A stretch of 64,000 nucleotides of DNA, taken from Candidatus Multivoradales bacterium. Its GTDB lineage: Bacteria > Acidobacteriota > Thermoanaerobaculia > Multivoradales > JAHEKO01. Shown here in pieces: positions 57,392-64,000 of this stretch. The notes beneath the pieces are model-generated. The model saw nothing but the letters and a program-made list of their open reading frames with translations. It ran no database searches and was not told where the DNA came from. The DNA lies in the NCBI GenBank assembly GCA_965223155.1, contig CBDCVR010000015.1, forward strand, positions 1,152,001 to 1,216,000, read 5' to 3'. Position 1 is the first letter of the stretch. Each line of letters starts with the position of its first letter. The position numbers and the translations under genes were made by a program.

Positions 57392-59665
57392 CTAGCGGTT
57401 GCCGGCGGGCGACGTGTTGTACGAATCGTAGTAGCCGTACTTCGAGTAGTACCCGTACCGGAAGCGCGAGCTTTCAACGCCGTTCAGCACTACGCCCAGG
57501 ATCGAGGCGCCGACGCTCTGAAGCAGGTTCGCGGTCCGTCCGACCAAGGCCCGAGGAGTCCGTCCGCTGCGAGCGACCAGGATGACGCCATCGGCGTGCT
57601 GCGAGATGACGAGCGGATCCGACAGCTCGAGAGCGGGCGGGCTATCGATGACGACGTGGGTGAAGTACTCGCGCATCAGATTGATGCCGCGATCCATCCG
57701 CTCCGAGCCGAGAAGCTCAGGGGGATTGGGTGGGGTCTGCCCCGCGCCGACGAAGAACAGGTTGGACACCTCGGTGGTGACGATGAGCGAGGACAGATCG
57801 GAAGTACCGGCGAGAAAGCCGCTCAACCCGACTTCGTCCTCGATGTCGAGGAGCGCTCCGAGCCGTGGCCGTCGCAGGTCCATATCGACCAGGAGGGTTC
57901 GGTTGCCGGCCTGGGCGAGCGCGATTGCGATATTCGCGGCGGTGGTGGACTTGCCTTCCGAGGGTGCCGCCGAGGTGATGAGGATTGTCTGCGGCGGCTT
58001 GCCGGAGTGCGACAGGAGAATCGAGGTGCGCAAGGCGCGGTAGGCCTCGCGTGCCCGCGCGCTTTCGCGGGTCGTTTCGGCGTCGGAGAGCAAGATCTGG
58101 TGCCCTTCCGCCCGATGCCGGCGCAGCCGTGCCCGAAGGCCCCTGGCGGGAGGATCGAGCCTCGGGATGACGCCCAGGCTCGGCAGGTTCAGATACTTGG
58201 TGACGTCGTCGGCGCTCTTCAGACTGTTGTCGATGAGCTCGACGACGAATGCTACGACCACTCCCAGACTGGCCCCAAGGAGGAGCGCCAGAAAAAGGGC
58301 CTGCGTTTTGTTCGGCGTGTAGGGCGAGACCGGTCGCAAGGCGGGCTGAGTGACCGCGATGTTCTGGACTTGGATGCCGGCGGCGACTCCGGCTTCCTTG
58401 AGACGGGTCAGAACGCTCTCGTAGAGTTGCTTGCTAGTCTCTGCCTCCTGCTTGAGCAAGTCGTACTCGGCGGTCTCGGCCCGGTTCTCGCCAACGGAAG
58501 ACCGCACCGAGTTGCGCTCGGCCTGAAGCCGTCCGCGCCGTGAGCGCAGAAGTTGCAGCTCGCGTAGCGCTCGATCGGCGGCCCGGTCCTTTTCGGCCGC
58601 AAGCTGCAGATCCAGCTCGGCGAGCTTGTCCCGGGTGTCCTGAACCTCCGGCCAGGCGGGGCCGAAACGAGCCCGCAGCTCCGCCAGCTTGTTCTCGAGC
58701 TCCCGCCGCTGCGACAGCATGGCAAGGATGGAGGAGTCCAAGATGGAATCCGGAAGGTTTTCCACCGACGAGCGGCGGATGGTGTCGTACTTGGCCGCCT
58801 GGGCGGCGATGTCGTCGTCGGCGCGGGTAATGGCTTGGCTCAAGTCATTGAGTTGCTGCTGGCTAGAGCTACGTTCGCCGCCGAGGTTCTCGAGATTGTT
58901 CTCGCTGGCGTATTCGTACAGGCGCCGTTCCGACGCTTCGAAATCGATCTTGAGGTCTTCGAGCTGCTTCTGGAGAAATTCCGTGGCTTGGCCGATGCGG
59001 CTGAAGCTGGCCTCCAATTGCTCGTCCACGAAGAGCTGAGCGAGGCCGTTGGCGACCAGTTGGGCCGCGTCGCGGTCCGGCGAGTCAAAGTGGATGTTGA
59101 TCAGCCAGGTGCGGCGAACCGGTTGGACCGAAGAGTATTGGCGCACACGGTTGATGAGAGCCCGTTGCCCCGGTTTCGAGCCCCTGGCTCGGATGGAGTC
59201 TCCGCGAACGAGTCGCTTGGCCACTGCCAGCGCGCTCTCTCCTCCTTCCCTCAGAATGCCGGACTTGATGGGCGCGATGAACGCTTCGTTGTCCGCCAAG
59301 TCGAGCCGTTCGACCACCTTCTCGGCCAAAGCCGAGCTCCTGAGCTTGGTGATCTCGGTCTGCAGAGCCTCGTCCTGGCTGCGTCCTCGCCGGGCCTGTC
59401 CCAGGTCCTGGAAGGGGAGTACGTTGGCCGGGTTCGGATCGACCTGAATCGTCGCGGTCGAGCGGTAGAGCGGGGTGATCGTTGCGACCTGGAGCGCCGT
59501 ACCCGCGACCACCAGGGCCAGCATGCCGGCCACCCAACGCCAGCGGCGCTGCAGAATCTCGAGATAGCGCCGTAGCGAAAAGACGTCCGAATCGAGCCCG
59601 GCGGGTTGCTCGATAACCGCTGGAACCCCGAACGGATTCTCTTTTTTGGGAACGAGTTGGCCCAT
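57392..59665 (-). CDS. wzc: Wzc/GumC polysaccharide co-polymerase with BY-kinase domain
   Basis: Wzz-type N-terminal TM; coiled periplasmic domain; ITSAAPSEGKST, LVDMDLRRP, VIDSPP; C-terminal Tyr cluster RYGYYSKYGYYDSY. Confidence 0.95.
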   Translation of the reverse strand: MGQLVPKKENPFGVPAVIEQPAGLDSDVFSLRRYLEILQRRWRWVAGMLALVVAGTALQVATITPLYRSTATIQVDPNPANVLPFQDLGQARRGRSQDEALQTEITKLRSSALAEKVVERLDLADNEAFIAPIKSGILREGGESALAVAKRLVRGDSIRARGSKPGQRALINRVRQYSSVQPVRRTWLINIHFDSPDRDAAQLVANGLAQLFVDEQLEASFSRIGQATEFLQKQLEDLKIDFEASERRLYEYASENNLENLGGERSSSQQQLNDLSQAITRADDDIAAQAAKYDTIRRSSVENLPDSILDSSILAMLSQRRELENKLAELRARFGPAWPEVQDTRDKLAELDLQLAAEKDRAADRALRELQLLRSRRGRLQAERNSVRSSVGENRAETAEYDLLKQEAETSKQLYESVLTRLKEAGVAAGIQVQNIAVTQPALRPVSPYTPNKTQALFLALLLGASLGVVVAFVVELIDNSLKSADDVTKYLNLPSLGVIPRLDPPARGLRARLRRHRAEGHQILLSDAETTRESARAREAYRALRTSILLSHSGKPPQTILITSAAPSEGKSTTAANIAIALAQAGNRTLLVDMDLRRPRLGALLDIEDEVGLSGFLAGTSDLSSLIVTTEVSNLFFVGAGQTPPNPPELLGSERMDRGINLMREYFTHVVIDSPPALELSDPLVISQHADGVILVARSGRTPRALVGRTANLLQSVGASILGVVLNGVESSRFRYGYYSKYGYYDSYNTSPAGNR

Positions 59666-59769
59666 CCTGGCTCCGATGGCCGGCTTCGATAGCTAGCTTC
59701 GATTGCTTCGAGCGGGCTCCACCCGCCGCCGGAGCCATTCATTCTATGCAACCCACCTTGCGATCACAA

Positions 59770-59798
59770 TTGCGCGACTGGTGTAGAGGGCCTATAAT
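59770..59798 (+). promoter_or_regulatory. Sigma70-type promoter
   Basis: TTGCGC, 17-bp spacer, TATAAT; followed by GGAGGA RBS and ATG 59831. Confidence 0.75.
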
Positions 59799-59830
59799 GC
59801 ATTCCGTCACCCACTGTGGGGGAGGAAACT

Positions 59831-60613
59831 ATGCGTAGGTACATGAATTTCAAGGTGTTTGTGTCCGTACTGGTTCTGGGCATTGCCGCACTTGGCGCCC
59901 AGCCCATGTTCGCAGCGGCTGTGATCGGCCAGGTTGCGACCGGCTCGATGCAGCTCGACGGCGTTGCGGCGCCTCCAGGCACGACCGTGATGAGCGAGAC
60001 GGTGCTGGCGACCGGCCAGGACTCCGCGACGGTCTATCTCCAGAATGGGCAGACGGCGATGCTCGAGCCGGAAACTCGAGCACGCTTCGAGGTCAACGAG
60101 GGTGGCGAGCTTCTGGCGAGCGTGGGCTCGGGACAGCTCCTGGTGAGCCAGCCGAGCGGCGAGTACGTCCGCATCGGTTCCGAGGAACCGGCTAGCTTCA
60201 ACCAGGAAGGCACCGTCGGCGAAGGCGAAGCGGTCGAGAGCACGGTCACCATGTGCGAGTGCGCGGATCCGGCACCCAAGTGTGAGGGTTCCGAGGATCC
60301 CCTGTGCGTGCAGATGGATGACGGCTGCGACGACTGGGACCCGATCGAGGTGGCCCTGTCCGAGGTTGACGCCAAGAAGGCCGACGGCCTCGTGGTCGCG
60401 GGCAACAACGACCTCGGCCTGGACGGCAACTGCGAGGAGGAGATCCTGGTGCCGTTCTGGACGACCGGCAAGAAGGTCCTGGTCGGCGTTCTGGTTGCCG
60501 CCGGCGGCATTCTGCTGCTCGACGACGATTCGGACGACGCCGACACGGACGACGACGGGGGCCCCCAGCCTCCGCCTCCGCCCGCGAGTCCGGCCGCCGA
60601 GTCCGGCAACTGA
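59831..60613 (+). CDS. Secreted acidic hypothetical protein (FecR-like beta N-domain, Cys-rich segment, C-terminal hydrophobic helix, acidic/Pro tail)
   Basis: Signal peptide ending MFA-AA; strong RBS; own promoter and terminator. Confidence 0.75.
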   Translation: MRRYMNFKVFVSVLVLGIAALGAQPMFAAAVIGQVATGSMQLDGVAAPPGTTVMSETVLATGQDSATVYLQNGQTAMLEPETRARFEVNEGGELLASVGSGQLLVSQPSGEYVRIGSEEPASFNQEGTVGEGEAVESTVTMCECADPAPKCEGSEDPLCVQMDDGCDDWDPIEVALSEVDAKKADGLVVAGNNDLGLDGNCEEEILVPFWTTGKKVLVGVLVAAGGILLLDDDSDDADTDDDGGPQPPPPPASPAAESGN

Positions 60614-60636
60614 CGTCTTCAACGAGAAACGTTTCG

Positions 60637-60668
60637 AAAGGGCCTGCCGCGGCAGGCCCTTTTTTCTT
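60637..60668 (+). terminator. Rho-independent terminator
   Basis: AAAGGGCCTGCCGCGGCAGGCCCTTT perfect inverted repeat followed by a T tract. Confidence 0.9.
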
Positions 60669-60744
60669 AAAGCCGCGTCTAGCTTGGACTCCTACCGAGG
60701 GCTCTCTGGCGAGAAGTCCGGGTGAGGATCGTAAAGTGGGAGCT

Positions 60745-62010
60745 ATGGCGGAACCGCCTCGTTCCCAGGCCGAGGGCCGGGCCGCTGCCCGGAGTAGGTT
60801 CCATTCCGGCTCCGAACACGGGCTCTACCTGCACGTGCCGTTCTGTTCGGCCATCTGTCCCTATTGCGACTTCGCCGTCACTGTTGGGGATCGGGACCGG
60901 CGGCGTCGGTTTGTGGCCGCGTTGGAGGAAGAGATCCGGCGCCGGGGGTCTGGCCTGTGGGTCGACACGCTGGCTCTGGGGGGCGGCACGCCCTCACTTC
61001 TCGAGGTCTCCGAGCTAGCTCGGATTTTGGGTGCTGTTCGGTCGCAAGTCGGGCTCGCCGGGATCTCGGAAGACGCCGAAGTCTCGCTGGAAGCCAACCC
61101 CGAGGACGTGACGCTCGAGGCGCTCGGCTCGTGGGCCGAGCTGGGGGTCACCCGACTTAGCCTCGGCGTTCAGTCCTTTTCCGATGCGGAGCTGCGGTTC
61201 CTGGGAAGGCGCCACACCGGTTTGGAGGCGCGCAACGCGGTCGCCGCGGCGGTGGCCGCCGGGTCCTTCAGCGTGTCGATCGACCTCATCTATGGCCTTC
61301 CGGGCCAGAGCGCGAAGGCGTGGACCAAGTCGTTGAATTTCGCAGCGGATCTCGCGGTCGATCACGTCTCCTGCTACCAACTCACCATTGAACCGGGAAC
61401 GCCCTTCTTCGTCCGCCGCAGCCGGGGAAAGCTCGAAGAGCCGCTCGATTCCTCTCTGACCGAGCTCTTCGTCACCACCCACCGCCACTTGGCGGAGTTG
61501 GGATTCGAAGCCTACGAAGTTTCGAACTTCGCCCGTACGCCCGGACATCGCTCTCGCCACAATGCCAAGTATTGGGACCGCAAGCCCTATCTGGGTCTTG
61601 GTCCTTCGGCTCACTCCTTCGACGGCACCGAGCGCTCCTGGAACGAACGCGACGAGGCGGCGTGGCGGCGCCGGGTGGTTTCCGGGGAAGAATCGGGGGT
61701 GGGCCGCGAGGTTCTGGACGAGTCCCAGATCGCGCTCGAGCGGTTGATGCTCGGCCTTCGGCGGCCGGCCGGCGTGGCGCTTGCGGCGATCGATCTCGAC
61801 GGCTCGTTTGAGAGCCGGAACCGGGAGCGGTTCGACCGGTATGCGGAAGCCGGCTGGCTCCGTCTCACCAGCGAGCGGAGCGGGCGCCAAGGGCGGCTCG
61901 TGCCTACGCTCCAGGGCTTGGCTCGGGCGGACGCCTTGGCCCGGGAGCTCGAGATCCTCCCGGAGACCGAGCCTGAGATTGGATCCGAGATCGGGACCAA
62001 GAGCCGCTAG
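60745..62010 (+). CDS. hemW: Radical SAM heme chaperone HemW (HemN-like)
   Basis: LYLHVPFCSAICPYCDF, GGGTPS, EANP, YEVSNFA, HNAKYW (HNxxYW typical of HemW). Confidence 0.9.
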   Translation: MAEPPRSQAEGRAAARSRFHSGSEHGLYLHVPFCSAICPYCDFAVTVGDRDRRRRFVAALEEEIRRRGSGLWVDTLALGGGTPSLLEVSELARILGAVRSQVGLAGISEDAEVSLEANPEDVTLEALGSWAELGVTRLSLGVQSFSDAELRFLGRRHTGLEARNAVAAAVAAGSFSVSIDLIYGLPGQSAKAWTKSLNFAADLAVDHVSCYQLTIEPGTPFFVRRSRGKLEEPLDSSLTELFVTTHRHLAELGFEAYEVSNFARTPGHRSRHNAKYWDRKPYLGLGPSAHSFDGTERSWNERDEAAWRRRVVSGEESGVGREVLDESQIALERLMLGLRRPAGVALAAIDLDGSFESRNRERFDRYAEAGWLRLTSERSGRQGRLVPTLQGLARADALARELEILPETEPEIGSEIGTKSR

Positions 62011-62099
62011 GCGCGCCCTGCCTCGCGCGGTGGTTCCGAGCGGGAAGATCGGGCTAGGATGGCGCGGCGTTTGGACCGTCCCCGATCCAAGGGATCTCC

Positions 62100-63119
62100 A
62101 TGATCGAGCCTCCGGAATACCTTCCCGACAGTTTGCCGAATGGGGGTGACCCGCCTGACCCGGACACGATTCGGGAGGCGCGAGCCAAGCTAGGCGAGGC
62201 GATTCGGACGACGCCGACCTGGACCTGGCGCGGCCGCCGGTTGGAGGAGCGCATCGGCGCTGGCACCGAAGCGGTTCTGAAGCTCGAGCTCTTGCAGTTC
62301 GCCGGCACCTTCAAGCCGCGGGGCGCCCTGCTCAACATTCTCGCGCTGGGCGCGGAAGAGATCGAGCGCGGAGTTACCGCGGTCTCGGCCGGCAACCATG
62401 CGATGGCGGTCGGCTACGCGGCGGCAAGAGTGGGGACCTCGGCCAAGGTCGTCATGCCGCGGAGCGCCAACGCCGCCCGCGTCGAGGGCTGTCGCCGTTT
62501 CGGCGCCGAGGTCATCCTCACCGAGGACGTCCATGCCGCCTTTGCCGAGGTGCGCCGCATCGAGAGCGAGGAGGGGCGCACCTTCGTCCATCCGTTCGAG
62601 GGCTTGAGAACGATCACCGGCACGGCCACGGTCGGCCTCGAGTGGTGCGAGCAGGAGCCGGAGCTGGACGCGGTCGTGGTGCCGATTGGCGGGGGCGGAC
62701 TCATGGCGGGAATTGCCGCCGCGGTCAAGCAGCTCCGCCCCGGCTGCCGGGTCATCGGGGTCGAGCCGACCGGCGCCGACTCCATGCACCAGAGCTTTGC
62801 CGCCGGCAAGCCGGTGGCGATCGAGCGGGTCGCCACCATCGCCGACAGCCTGGGAGCCCCGCATGCGGCTCCCTACAGCTTTACCCTCTGCCACCGCTTC
62901 GTGGACGAGCTGGTTCTGGTCGACGACGAGGAGATCCGGGATGCGATGCGACTTCTGTTCGACGAGATGAAGCTCGCGGTCGAACCCGCTGGAGCGGCCG
63001 CGACGGCGGCGCTGTGCGGGCCGCTCAGGGAATCCTTGCGCGGCCGGCGCGTGGGAGTTCTGGTGTGCGGCTCGAACATCGATTCGGCGAGCTTTCTCGG
63101 GTACCTGCGTGGCGACTGA
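62100..63119 (+). CDS. PLP-dependent threonine/serine dehydratase family protein
   Basis: KLELLQ..GTFKPRGA, SAGNHA, VPIGGGGL, VEPAGA, CGSNID. Confidence 0.92.
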   Translation: MIEPPEYLPDSLPNGGDPPDPDTIREARAKLGEAIRTTPTWTWRGRRLEERIGAGTEAVLKLELLQFAGTFKPRGALLNILALGAEEIERGVTAVSAGNHAMAVGYAAARVGTSAKVVMPRSANAARVEGCRRFGAEVILTEDVHAAFAEVRRIESEEGRTFVHPFEGLRTITGTATVGLEWCEQEPELDAVVVPIGGGGLMAGIAAAVKQLRPGCRVIGVEPTGADSMHQSFAAGKPVAIERVATIADSLGAPHAAPYSFTLCHRFVDELVLVDDEEIRDAMRLLFDEMKLAVEPAGAAATAALCGPLRESLRGRRVGVLVCGSNIDSASFLGYLRGD

Positions 63120-64000
63120 TGCGCGCTCCGCGCACGGTGAGGCCAGACGTCGCCTTGCCGCTTGGCGAACCCGGGGTCGCATGGTCTCGGTCTTGGATCG
63201 AGATGTGTTTGTCGTCGACTCCGGCGGCGAGGACAAGCCCGTGCTGCTCTTGGTTCACGGCTTTCCTACCGCGAGTTTTGACTTTCACCGGGTCTTCGAA
63301 GAGCTGGCCGCCGGCCACCGCGTCATCGCCCACGATCAGCTCGGCTTCGGCTACTCGGACAAGCCCCGCCTCTATTCCTACTCGCTGATCGAGCAGGCGG
63401 AGCTGGCCGAGGCCCTGTGGCGCAAGCTGGGTGTTGCGCGCGCACATCTGCTCGGCCACGACTACGGCACCAGCGTCGTGACCGAGCTTCTGGCACGGCG
63501 CGAACGAGGCTTCGGCCAGATCCCGTTCTCGAGCGTCGTTCTCTGTAACGGCAGCGTCCATCTGGATCTCGCCCGTCTGCGACTGACGCAGCGGGTGCTC
63601 AAGAACCCCTGGGCGGGCCCGGTGTTGGCTCGCCTGGCCGGGCCGGCGTTTTTTCGCCGCCGGCTGCGGGCGCTCTGGGGGCGGCCCGAGCTCGCAGACG
63701 CCACCGATCTCTCCGCGCTCTGGCTGCTTCTCGATCACAACGGCGGCCGCTTTCGTCTCCCGGCTCTCTCGGGATACCTGGATGAGCGGGTGCGTTTCCG
63801 CCGGCGTTGGGTGGGTGCTCTCGAGCGGCTCGACTTGCCCGCTTTGGTCCTGTGGGGACGCAAAGACCCGATTGCGGTCCCGGCGATCGCCGACGCCCTT
63901 GCCGGTGAGATTCCGGGCGCGGCCCGAATTTGGCTCCGCGAGGTCGGACACTTTCCGATGCTGGAAGCGCCGAGTGAATGGAGCGCCGCGCTCCGTCGCT
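63109..64000 (+). CDS. Alpha/beta hydrolase (epoxide hydrolase/MEST-like), runs off window
   Basis: Not in the ORF track. Manual translation gives VLLLVHGFPTASFDF, DQLGFGYSDKP, LLGHDYG, WGRKDP, VGHFPMLEAP. Confidence 0.88.
   Translation, partial: MATDARSAHGEARRRLAAWRTRGRMVSVLDRDVFVVDSGGEDKPVLLLVHGFPTASFDFHRVFEELAAGHRVIAHDQLGFGYSDKPRLYSYSLIEQAELAEALWRKLGVARAHLLGHDYGTSVVTELLARRERGFGQIPFSSVVLCNGSVHLDLARLRLTQRVLKNPWAGPVLARLAGPAFFRRRLRALWGRPELADATDLSALWLLLDHNGGRFRLPALSGYLDERVRFRRRWVGALERLDLPALVLWGRKDPIAVPAIADALAGEIPGAARIWLREVGHFPMLEAPSEWSAALRR

Overview
GC-rich bacterial chromosome segment. The gene content and style suggest an Acidobacteriota/Thermoanaerobaculia-like organism, but that is inference only. 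Left part: an Sfp-type PPTase, a CatA-like acyltransferase, two large secreted modular proteins (NBR1-Ig repeats plus a DUF3238-like tip; HEAT plus I-set Ig), Mo-hydroxylase maturation genes (coxG, xdhC, mocA), an orphan lasso B2-like peptidase, an EEP hydrolase, vapBC, an M16 peptidase, an orphan MenA1-like antitoxin and an LMW tyrosine phosphatase. A complete IS110-family (IS1111-type) element sits at 18278-19639, just upstream of lepA. Its 3' non-coding end folds into a two-loop bridge/seek-RNA whose 8-nt target guides match the reconstructed insertion site GTATCCT-TCT-GTCAC exactly. About 38 kb (21.5-59.7 kb) is a surface-glycan locus. The + strand biosynthetic arm has 4 sulfotransferases, UDP-sulfoquinovose synthase, Wzm/Wzt, 7 glycosyltransferases, methyl-, acyl- and formyl-transferase-like genes and a Wzy-like protein. 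It converges on a - strand export arm (Wzc, WaaL-TPR, CpsB, beta-barrel, OPX). That arm carries an unusual coupled trio: a PEGA membrane protein, a long coiled-coil protein with an FGE-type lectin-fold tip, and an OPX-FGE fusion. The right end has a secreted acidic protein with a near-consensus promoter, hemW, a PLP dehydratase and an alpha/beta hydrolase. I found no rRNA, tRNA or CRISPR array.
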